This document shows positions 9,106-18,752 of a stretch of DNA of 64,000 bases, in pieces (the stretch's first letter is position 1; each line of letters begins with the position of its first letter). A program made the translations under genes and the position numbers. This stretch comes from Candidatus Woesearchaeota archaeon. Its GTDB lineage: Archaea; Nanobdellota; Nanobdellia; Woesearchaeales; JACJVV01. Below the pieces are notes generated by a model. It ran no database searches. It was not told the origin of the DNA and worked only from the letters and a program-made list of their open reading frames with translations. The stretch lies in contig JACJVV010000001.1 of NCBI GenBank assembly GCA_020637495.1, forward strand, positions 205,082-269,081, given 5' to 3'.

Positions 9106-10473
9106 ATGGATGAGATACTAAGAAAAAAGATTGAAGCCATACTTTTCTCTATTGGGAAGAAGATCCATATAGATGAACTCCTCAGAATGATAAAGGAGAA
9201 GGACAAAGCAAAAGTGGTTACTTGTCTTATCGAGCTCAAGCAGAAATACAATGATAGTGAAGAGAATTCACTTATGATCCTACAAGATGGAGATTATTGG
9301 AAACTTACCATCAAAGACCAATATATCGATGTGGCAAAAGAGATAGGCGTAGAGACTGAACTCAGCAAGACTGTCATGGAGACTCTTGCAGTGATCGCCT
9401 ATAAATATCCAATCCTTCAAAGTGACGTGATAAAGATACGGACAAATAAAGCCTATGATCACATGAAGGAACTAGAAGAATTAGGATACATAATGCGAGA
9501 GAGATATGGAAGGACTAAAAGGATAAAATTGACCCAGAAATTCTTCGAATATTTTGATCTTCCACCAGATAAGTTAAGAGAGAAATTCCATAATGTAGAG
9601 GAGATGGAAAAAGTTATCTCAGATAAGGAGAACCAGATACATGAGATAAATGAGAAGAAGAAAGAGCTTATTGAACAACAAGATAGGGAGTCAAAAGCCC
9701 TTGAAGGAAGGAATATCTACATGGAGAACCTAGGGCCGACAGAAGTCATAAGGCATGATGAGAATGGGATAGATGTCATTGAGGGTGAAAAATTAGGCCA
9801 ATTAGAAGTGTTCGAAGAGCTCAATGTTCCAAAGAATGATATTAATACTGAGGAAGAAGAGAGAGAAGAAAAAGAGACACCTAGATTAGAGGTAGTAGAT
9901 GAGGACCAAGTAGGAATAGTAAGGAGTGAAGAAGATGAGGATGTAGAGAAAAAAGAAACATCTGAAGATGATGGAAACGATGAGTCGATCAAATCTGAAG
10001 AGGGTGCCAGTCATGATATTGACACAGAAAATATAGATAATGATCAAGGAAATGAAAATGACATACAGGATGAAGGTACCCCTAATGAGCATGCGAAACC
10101 AGACATATCCAATATTGACGAGAATATGAGTAATCTTGAATCAATCCAGAAAGAGCATGCTGCAAATGAACATGAAGAAGAGATCTCAAAAATACAGGAT
10201 GCAAAAGATAATATGAACTCAGGCAGAGAAATCAACCATGATGAGAATGTAGTGAAGAGTAAAGAGGAAGATAAAGAGGAAGATGTCAAAATCGAAAGCA
10301 GGGACTACAACATCCACAGAAAAAAAGAAGAGCTAGACGAAGATAAGCTTTTCAACATGGAAGGTATCCCAAAGGAGATAATGGATAAGATAGAGGAGAG
10401 AGCTGAAGAGATAGTCCATGGTGATGAGGAGAAAGGATTTGAAGAGCCTTTAGATAAATCTTCTGAAGATTGA
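9106..10473 (+). CDS. scpB: Segregation and condensation protein B (ScpB) homologue with a roughly 250-aa acidic low-complexity C-terminal tail
   Basis: Tandem winged-helix signature of ScpB: ILRKKIEAILFSIGKKIHIDEL and TLAVIAYKYPILQSDVIKIRTNKAYDHMKELEELGYIMRE...KFFEYFDL. The tail after residue 200 is E/D/K-rich. Confidence 0.65.
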   Translation: MDEILRKKIEAILFSIGKKIHIDELLRMIKEKDKAKVVTCLIELKQKYNDSEENSLMILQDGDYWKLTIKDQYIDVAKEIGVETELSKTVMETLAVIAYKYPILQSDVIKIRTNKAYDHMKELEELGYIMRERYGRTKRIKLTQKFFEYFDLPPDKLREKFHNVEEMEKVISDKENQIHEINEKKKELIEQQDRESKALEGRNIYMENLGPTEVIRHDENGIDVIEGEKLGQLEVFEELNVPKNDINTEEEEREEKETPRLEVVDEDQVGIVRSEEDEDVEKKETSEDDGNDESIKSEEGASHDIDTENIDNDQGNENDIQDEGTPNEHAKPDISNIDENMSNLESIQKEHAANEHEEEISKIQDAKDNMNSGREINHDENVVKSKEEDKEEDVKIESRDYNIHRKKEELDEDKLFNMEGIPKEIMDKIEERAEEIVHGDEEKGFEEPLDKSSED

Positions 10474-10477
10474 AAAA

Positions 10478-10639
10478 ATGGTTACAAAATATTTCTTAGT
10501 CAGATGCAAGAAATGCAACAATAGCATGAAATACATGACTTCTGGACCAAATGATGAGTTATCAAAAAAGACAAAAAGATGCGTCTATTGCGGACATACA
10601 TTTAGAGTGAAAGAGGGCATTATCAAAGAGATCAAATAA
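10478..10639 (+). CDS. 53-aa C4 zinc-ribbon protein (unannotated small ORF)
   Basis: MVTKYFLVRCKKCNNSMKYMTSGPNDELSKKTKRCVYCGHTFRVKEGIIKEIK has CxxC...CxxC. Below the ORF-track length cutoff; lies in the scpB-gyrA intergenic region. Confidence 0.45.
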   Translation: MVTKYFLVRCKKCNNSMKYMTSGPNDELSKKTKRCVYCGHTFRVKEGIIKEIK

Positions 10640-10822
10640 AGCATAAAAGTTGATCTTTTAAATACACTATCACCAAAACATATATAAAGGGACCAGGATA
10701 CTATTTTCTAGACGGTGAATGACCTTTTTCTGGGGTCACTTTTGAAGCCATAAAACAACAAAAAAATAGACTGAATCTTAGGTTCAAGAAGGCATACAAA
10801 ATAAAGAAAAATAAAGGAAAGA

Positions 10823-13405
10823 ATGAGCGAAGACATAGAAGAAAAGACAGCTGATGATGCTGAGAATATAATCCCCAAAGAGATAGAAGAGGATATGAAA
10901 GAGGCATATCTAAATTATGCCATGTCCTCAATCATAGGCAGGGCCTTGCCTGATATAAGGGATGGTCTAAAACCAGTACATAGAAGGATCCTTTATGCCA
11001 TGCACGATATGGGAATGGCGCATAACAAGCCATTCAGGAAGAGTGCAAGGATTGTAGGAGAAGTATTAGGTAAATATCATCCACATGGAGATAGTGCAGT
11101 ATATGATAGCATGGTGAGAATGGTCCAGGATTTTGCATTGAGATATCCGTTGATAGATGGTCAAGGTAATTTTGGCAGCATAGATGGCGATAATGCTGCA
11201 GCGATGCGTTATACTGAAGCTAGGATGAAGAATGTAGGAGAAGAGCTGCTTAAGGATATAGAGAAAAAAACAGTCACATTCAGGGATAACTTTGATAATA
11301 GCCTAAAAGAACCCACTGTCCTGCCTTCTGCATTCCCTAACTTGCTAGTCAATGGAAGCACCGGTATTGCTGTAGGGATGGCAACAAACATCCCACCTCA
11401 TAATATGTCAGAGATATGCGATGCTGTGATCATGACAATAAAGAAGCCCGATGTTGATGCTTCAGATTTGATGAAAGTAGTAAAAGGACCAGATTTTCCA
11501 ACTGGTGGTATGATACTTGGAGAAACAGGCATTAAGAACGCATATCATTATGGACGTGGAAAAGTCAAGGTAAGAGCCAAGATAGAGATTGAGGAAACTC
11601 AGAAAAGAAGAGCATTAATAGTCGAGGAAATCCCATATCAAGTAAACAAAAGCCTGCTTCTTGAACAGATTGCTGACCTTGTAAAAGAGAAAAAAGTTTT
11701 AGGCATTGATGATCTCCGTGATGAGTCAGATAAAAAAGGAATGAGAGTAGTCATAGAACTGAAAAAAGATGCAAATGAGGAAGTGATAAAGAACCAGCTA
11801 TTCAAATATACTAATCTGCAGGTGACATTCGGGATAATAAATCTTGCAATAGTCAACAATGAACCGAAGATATTGAGCCTTAAGGGCATGATAAGCCATT
11901 ATATCAAACATCGAAAGATAATAGTCACAAGAAGAACACAATTTGATCTGGAGAAGGCTGAGGAAAAAGCCCATATCCTAGAAGGATTGATAATAGCATT
12001 GAATGATATCGACGCTGCTATTGAACTCATCAAGAAAGCTGGATCTGCGCAGGATGCAAGAGAAGGCTTGATGAAGAAGTATAGCATCACTGAGAAACAG
12101 GCAACAGCAATACTTGATATGAAACTCCAGAGGCTGACATCACTTGAACAGGATAAGATAAGGGATGAACATTCGAAACTCATGGAGCTTATCAAGAGCT
12201 TAAAAGAGATACTTGCAAGCGAGCAGAGGATAATGGATATCATCGTAAATGAGCTTGAAGATCTGAAGCAGAGATATGGTGATGGAAGAAGGACACAGAT
12301 CGTCCAGGGACTAGAGAGTGATGAGGATATCGACATAGAGGATCTGATAGACAAGGAAGAGATGGTCATCACAATAACAAATAGCGGATATATCAAAAGA
12401 ATCGCTTTAAGCACATACAAACAGCAGAAACGTGGCGGAAAAGGAATAATCGCTACAGGGACAAAGGCTGAGGATGAAGTCAATGATGTATTCGTTGCAA
12501 ATACGCATGATTACATCCTATTTTTCACGGATAAAGGAACTGTCCAATGGAAGAAAGTCTATCAGCTCCCTGAGGCATCAAGAGTTGCAAAAGGCACATC
12601 AATCGCAAATCTCCTTGAGCTTGACAAAGATACAAATATCTCATCATACATACCTATCTCAGAATTCAAAGAAGATCATTATTTAGTAATGGTCACAAAG
12701 CAGGGAATCGTGAAGAAGACAAACTTATCTGCATACTCAAAACCAAGGAAAGGAGGCATAATCGCTATAAACCTGACAGATGGAGATGAGTTGATAGATG
12801 TATTGCTTACCGATGGTAATAGGCAGATCCTCATAGCGACTGCAAATGGTATGGCTGTAAAATTCAACGAGGCAGATGTCAGGGCAGTAGGCAGGAATTC
12901 CATAGGAGTAAGAGGTATAAAACTTAAAGGCGATGATGGAGTGATAGGGGCAGTAATCGCAAGAGAGCATCTATCATTACTTACTGTTACTGAGAATGGT
13001 TATGGAAAAAGAACAAAGATAAGAGATTATAGATTAATTAACAGGGGTGGAAGCGGTGTCATCAACATAATAACAAATGACAGGAACGGGAAAGTTGTTT
13101 CCATCAAGGAAGTTGATGACGATAATGACATATTATTCATATCAAGACATGGTATTGCCATAAGAATCCCTGCAAAGGATGTTTCAGTCATAGGAAGGAA
13201 TACTCAAGGCATGAGATTGATGAAATTGAAGAGTGAAGATGATAAGGTTGTTGGCGCTACAAAGATAGTCTCTGAAAAAGAGGAAGAACAAGCACTAGTC
13301 AGGGGAGAAGCTGAGAAAAAAGAGAAGATTGAAGAGATAGAGAATAAATTGGAACAAGAGAGCACAGACCTTGTTAATGACATGGATTTTGTAGATAAGG
13401 ATTGA
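10823..13405 (+). CDS. gyrA: DNA gyrase subunit A
   Basis: [34 protein letters not shown], the active-site region [30 protein letters not shown], and the C-terminal beta-pinwheel repeats. AGGAAAG SD-like motif upstream. Confidence 0.95.
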   Translation: MSEDIEEKTADDAENIIPKEIEEDMKEAYLNYAMSSIIGRALPDIRDGLKPVHRRILYAMHDMGMAHNKPFRKSARIVGEVLGKYHPHGDSAVYDSMVRMVQDFALRYPLIDGQGNFGSIDGDNAAAMRYTEARMKNVGEELLKDIEKKTVTFRDNFDNSLKEPTVLPSAFPNLLVNGSTGIAVGMATNIPPHNMSEICDAVIMTIKKPDVDASDLMKVVKGPDFPTGGMILGETGIKNAYHYGRGKVKVRAKIEIEETQKRRALIVEEIPYQVNKSLLLEQIADLVKEKKVLGIDDLRDESDKKGMRVVIELKKDANEEVIKNQLFKYTNLQVTFGIINLAIVNNEPKILSLKGMISHYIKHRKIIVTRRTQFDLEKAEEKAHILEGLIIALNDIDAAIELIKKAGSAQDAREGLMKKYSITEKQATAILDMKLQRLTSLEQDKIRDEHSKLMELIKSLKEILASEQRIMDIIVNELEDLKQRYGDGRRTQIVQGLESDEDIDIEDLIDKEEMVITITNSGYIKRIALSTYKQQKRGGKGIIATGTKAEDEVNDVFVANTHDYILFFTDKGTVQWKKVYQLPEASRVAKGTSIANLLELDKDTNISSYIPISEFKEDHYLVMVTKQGIVKKTNLSAYSKPRKGGIIAINLTDGDELIDVLLTDGNRQILIATANGMAVKFNEADVRAVGRNSIGVRGIKLKGDDGVIGAVIAREHLSLLTVTENGYGKRTKIRDYRLINRGGSGVINIITNDRNGKVVSIKEVDDDNDILFISRHGIAIRIPAKDVSVIGRNTQGMRLMKLKSEDDKVVGATKIVSEKEEEQALVRGEAEKKEKIEEIENKLEQESTDLVNDMDFVDKD

Positions 13406-13427
13406 TCATATTTGTTTTGAGGTTATT

Positions 13428-14510
13428 ATGGATAAACTGAAATGCATCGGGTTCTGTGGGTTTGGTGTTGAAGATGTCCTTGAAAATGATATCAGGGAGA
13501 TCCTAGGAAAGAAGGTCAAGGTAGAGAAGAATGAAAGATGTTGCATCTTCGAAGCTAATAAAGAGGATATCGCAAGATTTGCATTCATGTGTCAGAGTAT
13601 AGAAAAAGTAGGAGTTCTGCTCAAAAATGGTGAGATTGGGGACATACCAGAGATAGACGTATCAGACATTAAATTCGACATAAAAACCACTTTCTACGTC
13701 GATTGCAGCATAGCAGGAACGAAACCTTACAAAAGCAATGATGTAGTCATGAACGTATCAGAACAGATGATGAAAACGACAAAGAAGAAGGCAGTCTACA
13801 AAGATGCAGGGATTGAGTACAACATTGAGATCATAGGGAATAAATACTTTTTCACAATAAATCTGAGCTCTAAAGAACTCAGCAATAGGGATTACAAGGT
13901 ATTTGCAAACAAGACCTCGTTAAGAGGAACTATAGCATATGCATTATGCAGGATGGCTGATATAAAAGATGGTGAGAAGGTACTTGATCCATTCTGCAGA
14001 AGCGGTGAGATAGGGATAGAGCTGATACATAATGTAATAGGGAAATCCGTCAATCATTATGCAAAGGATAAGTTCCTCTTCAGCAAGATTGACTGGGAAG
14101 TGAAGCTTGATGATGAGGACAAAGACAGCAAGGTCGAAGTAAACCTTTCAGATGCAGGGATGCCTAATATCAAGGCTGCAGAGAAGAATGCAAAGATTGC
14201 AGGAGTCAATAAGAAACTCAATTTCTCAAGAATATTGATTGAGGATCTTGACCTGAAATATGAGAATATAGATAAAATAATAACAAGGCTCCCTACCCCT
14301 GGAAAAGAGACAAAGGGCAAGATACTGCATATATTCAGGCAATTCTTCGAAGTATCTAAAAAGATTTTAAAACCCAAAGGCATTATCCTATGCATTGGCA
14401 CTAATATTGAGGATGCCATAGATATCGCTAAACATAATGATTATGTATTATTGGAAAAAAAGGAGGTGATGCAAGGAAAGGAAGTAATGAGGGTGTATAA
14501 ATTTGGCTAA
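13428..14510 (+). CDS. THUMP-domain RNA methyltransferase (Trm14/RlmL-like, UPF0020 family)
   Basis: N-terminal THUMP-like region, then LRGTIAYALCRMADIKDGEKVLDPFCRSGEIGIE (motif I of N2-G/N6-A RNA methylases). The expected (D/N)PPY motif appears as RLPTPG, so catalytic status is uncertain. Confidence 0.65.
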   Translation: MDKLKCIGFCGFGVEDVLENDIREILGKKVKVEKNERCCIFEANKEDIARFAFMCQSIEKVGVLLKNGEIGDIPEIDVSDIKFDIKTTFYVDCSIAGTKPYKSNDVVMNVSEQMMKTTKKKAVYKDAGIEYNIEIIGNKYFFTINLSSKELSNRDYKVFANKTSLRGTIAYALCRMADIKDGEKVLDPFCRSGEIGIELIHNVIGKSVNHYAKDKFLFSKIDWEVKLDDEDKDSKVEVNLSDAGMPNIKAAEKNAKIAGVNKKLNFSRILIEDLDLKYENIDKIITRLPTPGKETKGKILHIFRQFFEVSKKILKPKGIILCIGTNIEDAIDIAKHNDYVLLEKKEVMQGKEVMRVYKFG

Positions 14511-16497
14511 GCTAGCATCAATACTAAAGAAAATAAGATATTATCTAACAGAATTCTCAGCTCCATTAATTGCATCAGGGATGATTGCATGGGGCACATC
14601 ACATTTTTTCAATCTTAAACCTGCAAATGAAGGAAAAACTATTCATGAAATGCGTCAGGCTGGAAGGATAATTAATTATTCCAAATGCATTGATGATTTG
14701 TGTGATGAAACGGATGAACATATTCATATATATGAAACAGACCCAATAACAAAAAAAATTACAAAGCTACCTGATTTGATATATACTGGAAAATCTGTAG
14801 CAAAACAAGTAGCTGAAAAAACTGCAAATCCAATCTTGATATTTGGTGGAATAATGCTGCTTTACTCTTACAGGCACAGAAAGAAGAATCCATTCATCCA
14901 AGAGAGAAATATTCTTGAAGATATACAATTATATGCAAGTGATTTAACATATAGCATTCTTGCTATCGGGATGCTGTCTCCTGTTTGGATGCATACTGAT
15001 GGAGAAGTCAAGATAAAACTAATAGTAGGAGGAATAGCTGGAGGAATAGGATATAGTACTAATTATACTATTCCAAGAATGGTCAGAAAAAGAATAAAGT
15101 TAGGATACCAAAATTTAGATTTTATTACTGCACCTATAAAAAAATTATGGTTATTAGATTCATATAAAAAAGGTGTGAGTGATGCAATAAATGAGAATGA
15201 TCTAAATAAAGCAGTTAATGAAGCATATCAACTTTCTAAATCCCGTAGCTATCTCAACGAAAGGGAGAAAAAATATGCACAATCAATCATGATGAAAACC
15301 CACGATATCAGACAAGCAGTTAAATCACTATACAGGCTTTTTTCATCAACTGAAAATAAGCACCTATTAAATTTGATTGATGCAGTTTCAAGTTTCTCTA
15401 TAAATTATCAAGTATATCTAGACATAATGAAAGAGGATATGCCTGATAAAGTTGAATATCAAATTATGAGTTTTGCATTGTGCAGTGATGCCGATAAGAA
15501 AGAACAGATTGCTACAGCTATCTATAGAGATAGGAAAAATAAAGGAAAACTTATCAATGTTTCAAAACAAACAAAAAATAAAGTCTATCTTATGGATTGT
15601 GATAGATTAGGGATGACTTTTGCAATCAAAGAAGCAGATGTTGATGAACTAAACAATGAAGTTAAGCAGACATTAGCAATTGATCATAACAAAATTATCG
15701 AATGTTCTGGTTCTATAGTTAATATTGAAAATCTTGTACTTATGGAAGAATTCAGACAAGAAAATTTAGGGTTATTGTGGTATTCTTTTGTTCAAGGTGT
15801 AAGTGGAAGTGATTATTTACATAGTAATGATCTAGATAGGGGAGTTTCTATTTTAAGGAATATATTGAGATTAAATGGCATTGTTTCAAAATATGGTATT
15901 GATCAAGAGGAAGAAAATATTGAAGGAAAAATAAGAAGAGATATAGATAACAGCATGTTTTCTGAAAGACATAAAGGGATTTTTCATGATTCAGTTGGGT
16001 TCCTGACAAAATATGCACACATATTGCCATTACAGTATGATAGAGATGGAAATCCAGATAACCAAATAATAACAGGGGAAAAGATAACACTTATTGATCT
16101 TGACAAGCGTAAGAAAAGCAATATCGCATACTCTGCTGTAAAGACACTAGAGCAAGATACAGTCTTGCCATATGATGAAAGAGGATGGGAAATAAGAAAT
16201 AGATTAATACCATATTATATTGAATCTGCTGGATTTGAAGGAAAGATGCATGATAGGGAACTTTTATGCAATCATCATACGGCTGTTCCATTGAAAGCTA
16301 TAAGTTATTCAGCTTTTGCTAAAGACAAAGAAGGCAGAATGCAAACAATTCTAAGATTTTGCCAAAGTGCTGAATTTGCGTTAGCTAAAATGCTCCAGGA
16401 TTTCAGGAGCTTTTATTCAGATCAAGAGATAATGCAAGCTCAAGCTGTAAGAGAAGTATTTAAAGAACATTTGGCTGGTTCTCAACAAACTATATAA
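14503..16497 (+). CDS. Large uncharacterised protein, N-terminal multi-pass membrane anchor plus roughly 450-aa soluble domain
   Basis: 664 aa with hydrophobic segments in the first roughly 200 aa (LIASGMIAWGTSHFF, ILIFGGIMLLY, ILAIGMLSPVWM, LIVGGIAGGIGY) and no recognisable motifs. Overlaps the upstream methylase by 8 nt. Confidence 0.5.
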   Translation: MAKLASILKKIRYYLTEFSAPLIASGMIAWGTSHFFNLKPANEGKTIHEMRQAGRIINYSKCIDDLCDETDEHIHIYETDPITKKITKLPDLIYTGKSVAKQVAEKTANPILIFGGIMLLYSYRHRKKNPFIQERNILEDIQLYASDLTYSILAIGMLSPVWMHTDGEVKIKLIVGGIAGGIGYSTNYTIPRMVRKRIKLGYQNLDFITAPIKKLWLLDSYKKGVSDAINENDLNKAVNEAYQLSKSRSYLNEREKKYAQSIMMKTHDIRQAVKSLYRLFSSTENKHLLNLIDAVSSFSINYQVYLDIMKEDMPDKVEYQIMSFALCSDADKKEQIATAIYRDRKNKGKLINVSKQTKNKVYLMDCDRLGMTFAIKEADVDELNNEVKQTLAIDHNKIIECSGSIVNIENLVLMEEFRQENLGLLWYSFVQGVSGSDYLHSNDLDRGVSILRNILRLNGIVSKYGIDQEEENIEGKIRRDIDNSMFSERHKGIFHDSVGFLTKYAHILPLQYDRDGNPDNQIITGEKITLIDLDKRKKSNIAYSAVKTLEQDTVLPYDERGWEIRNRLIPYYIESAGFEGKMHDRELLCNHHTAVPLKAISYSAFAKDKEGRMQTILRFCQSAEFALAKMLQDFRSFYSDQEIMQAQAVREVFKEHLAGSQQTI

Positions 16498-16505
16498 ATG
16501 AAATA

Positions 16506-16805
16506 TTGATTTCTCTGTATATGGAAGTTGATAAGGAATTACTGGAAAAAGTAGCATCTGTAGCAAGATTAAAGCTTACTGATAAGGAGATCGATAAGTT
16601 TGCGCCTCAGATGAAAGAGATATTGGATTTCTTCGGGAAATTGCAAGAAGTAGATACTGAAGGAATAAGACCAAGTTTCCAGCCTATTGAGATAAAGAAC
16701 AGGCTACGTGAAGATGTAATTGTAAATTCGTTAAGCCAGGAAGATGCATTAAGAAATTCTTCTCTAAAGAAGGATGGTTATTTCAAAGGACCTAAAGCTG
16801 TTTGA
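16506..16805 (+). CDS. gatC: Asp/Glu-tRNA amidotransferase subunit C
   Basis: DKELLEKVASVARLKLTDKEIDKFAPQMKEILDFFGKLQEVDTEGI matches GatC. The actual start may be the internal MEVDK. Confidence 0.8.
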   Translation: MISLYMEVDKELLEKVASVARLKLTDKEIDKFAPQMKEILDFFGKLQEVDTEGIRPSFQPIEIKNRLREDVIVNSLSQEDALRNSSLKKDGYFKGPKAV

Positions 16806-16827
16806 CTAAAATATATCAAAGGATAAA

Positions 16828-18168
16828 ATGAGCCACGAAAAAGAAGCTTTGGAAGAAGCAAAGAAGATAAATGAAGAGTATCATTATCTTAACACTATCA
16901 CCGATAAGCCTCTGGAAGGGCATATGCATCAAGGAAAATTGTCAGGATATACTGTCAGTGTCAAAGATGCGATCTGCGTAAAAGATGTAGAGACTACAGG
17001 GGGAAGCGCCATCCTTGATGGATACAAGCCAGTAATTGATTCTACTGTATCAAAAAAAGTAAAATCGCAAGGTGGACTTATCATAGGGAAAACAGCACAA
17101 GATGCATTCGGATTTGGTGGGTTCAGCGTCAATGTTGGCATAGGAAAGAAGATACCGTTGAATCCATTTGACAAGGAAAGGGCATGTGGTGGAAGTTCTG
17201 GGGGATGTGCTGGTTTCACTGCAAAAACAAATCTCAAGCATGTAAGCCTAGCAGAAAGTACAGGAGGAAGCATTGTCTGTCCTGCCAGTTTCTGTGGTGT
17301 TGTTGGGTTATGTCCTACATATGGAAGAGTATCAAGATATGGTCTTCTTGATTATGGAAATTCACTTGACAAAATAGGACCTATGGGCAAGAATGTCAAG
17401 GATACAGCACTGCTCCTAGAGGTAATATCTGGATTTGACAGCAAAGAGAGCACTTGTGCAGATGTAGAGGTGGATGAATATAGTTCTTTTGTCGGAAAAG
17501 ATGTCAAAGGGATGAAAATTGCGCTAATAAAAGAATGCTTCGGTAAGGGCGTAAATGAGAAAGTTGCTGAACAAGTTAATCAAGCGATTGAGAAATTGAA
17601 AGAGAAAGGAGCAGTTATTGAAGAGGTTTCTCTGCCGTTAGTATCTGAGTATGGACTAGCTGTATATTATATCCTTGCAATGTGTGAAGCATCAACCAAC
17701 CTTGCAAAATACTGTGGAATACGTTATGGAAAGATGAAAGATTGTACAGGCAAGGGGTTCAATGAATATTTCTCTGAGATAAGGAGTGAGAACCTGAATG
17801 AGGAGAGCAAACGTAGAATAATGATAGGGACATTCGCAAGGATGGCAGGATTCAGGGATGCATATTACATCAAGGCTGCAAAGATAAGGACAAAAATAAT
17901 CTCAGAATACAAAGAACAATTCGAGAAATATGATGCATTGATATGTCCTACAATGCCTGTCATCGCACCAAAATTCTCTGAGATAGAGAAGATGACCCCT
18001 TTAGAGAATTACATGATGGATATCCTTACTGTCGGACCAAATTTAGCTGGATTGCCACATATTACAATACCAACTGGAAAAGTAGATGGAATGCCTGTTG
18101 GGACAATGCTCATAGCTGATCATTTTGAAGAGAAGAAATTAGTCCAGTTGGGGAGTGCATTAGAATAA
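16828..18168 (+). CDS. gatA: Asp/Glu-tRNA amidotransferase subunit A (amidase signature enzyme)
   Basis: Amidase signature GGSSGGCAGF with the catalytic Ser-cisSer-Lys context; operon with gatC. Confidence 0.9.
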   Translation: MSHEKEALEEAKKINEEYHYLNTITDKPLEGHMHQGKLSGYTVSVKDAICVKDVETTGGSAILDGYKPVIDSTVSKKVKSQGGLIIGKTAQDAFGFGGFSVNVGIGKKIPLNPFDKERACGGSSGGCAGFTAKTNLKHVSLAESTGGSIVCPASFCGVVGLCPTYGRVSRYGLLDYGNSLDKIGPMGKNVKDTALLLEVISGFDSKESTCADVEVDEYSSFVGKDVKGMKIALIKECFGKGVNEKVAEQVNQAIEKLKEKGAVIEEVSLPLVSEYGLAVYYILAMCEASTNLAKYCGIRYGKMKDCTGKGFNEYFSEIRSENLNEESKRRIMIGTFARMAGFRDAYYIKAAKIRTKIISEYKEQFEKYDALICPTMPVIAPKFSEIEKMTPLENYMMDILTVGPNLAGLPHITIPTGKVDGMPVGTMLIADHFEEKKLVQLGSALE

Positions 18169-18752
18169 TGACTAAAATAAAAGAAATCAAGCTTGAGACT
18201 GAGAGATTGATACTTAGAAAGCCATCTGTTGCAGAATGGGATTTTGTGTACAACAATATAACAAAGAACAAAGATTATCCAAGATTCACAACTATCCCTA
18301 TGCGATATACGAAAGAGATGGCGAAAACATGGGTTAAGAAAGTTAGAAAAGAATTTGGAAATGAGAGTTATGTATTCTTTATGACGTTAAAAGAAACTAA
18401 AGATCCAATAGGGAATATGGGATTTAATGAGATAGATAAGAATACTAACACTGCTAAGATAGGATACATCACGTCTAAAGAGTATAGAAGAAAAGGATAC
18501 ACCTCAGAAGCATGTAAGGCCTTAATTGATTTTGGATTCAAGGTATTAAAATTAAATAGGATCAGGATAGAGCATGTCCCTGATAATGAAGGAAGCAAAA
18601 GAATAATCAAGAAAATGGGATTCAAATGCATAGGTCATGAGAGGCAATGCATAAAATCAGGAGATGGAAAGCTAAGGGATCATTTATCCTATGATATGCT
18701 TAGAAATGAGTGGAACCCCAACAAAGTCAGATTAAATAAAAAGATAAAATGA
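18168..18752 (+). CDS. GNAT-family N-acetyltransferase (RimJ/RimL-like)
   Basis: Acetyl-CoA motif A RRKGYTSEACKALIDFGF. Overlaps the gatA stop by 1 nt and the gatB start by 4 nt. Confidence 0.75.
   Translation: MTKIKEIKLETERLILRKPSVAEWDFVYNNITKNKDYPRFTTIPMRYTKEMAKTWVKKVRKEFGNESYVFFMTLKETKDPIGNMGFNEIDKNTNTAKIGYITSKEYRRKGYTSEACKALIDFGFKVLKLNRIRIEHVPDNEGSKRIIKKMGFKCIGHERQCIKSGDGKLRDHLSYDMLRNEWNPNKVRLNKKIK

Noticed and set aside
11209-12483. Several minus-strand ORFs (60-194 aa) inside gyrA
   Set aside because: They are Ser/Ile-rich low-complexity antisense translations of a highly conserved gene. The same applies to other antisense track ORFs inside mcm, PolD, secD and gatA.
14788-14814. Possible P-loop (IYTGKSV) in the 664-aa unknown protein
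   Set aside because: It lacks the glycine at position -5 and the surrounding GxxxxGK[ST] context. It is not a Walker A motif.
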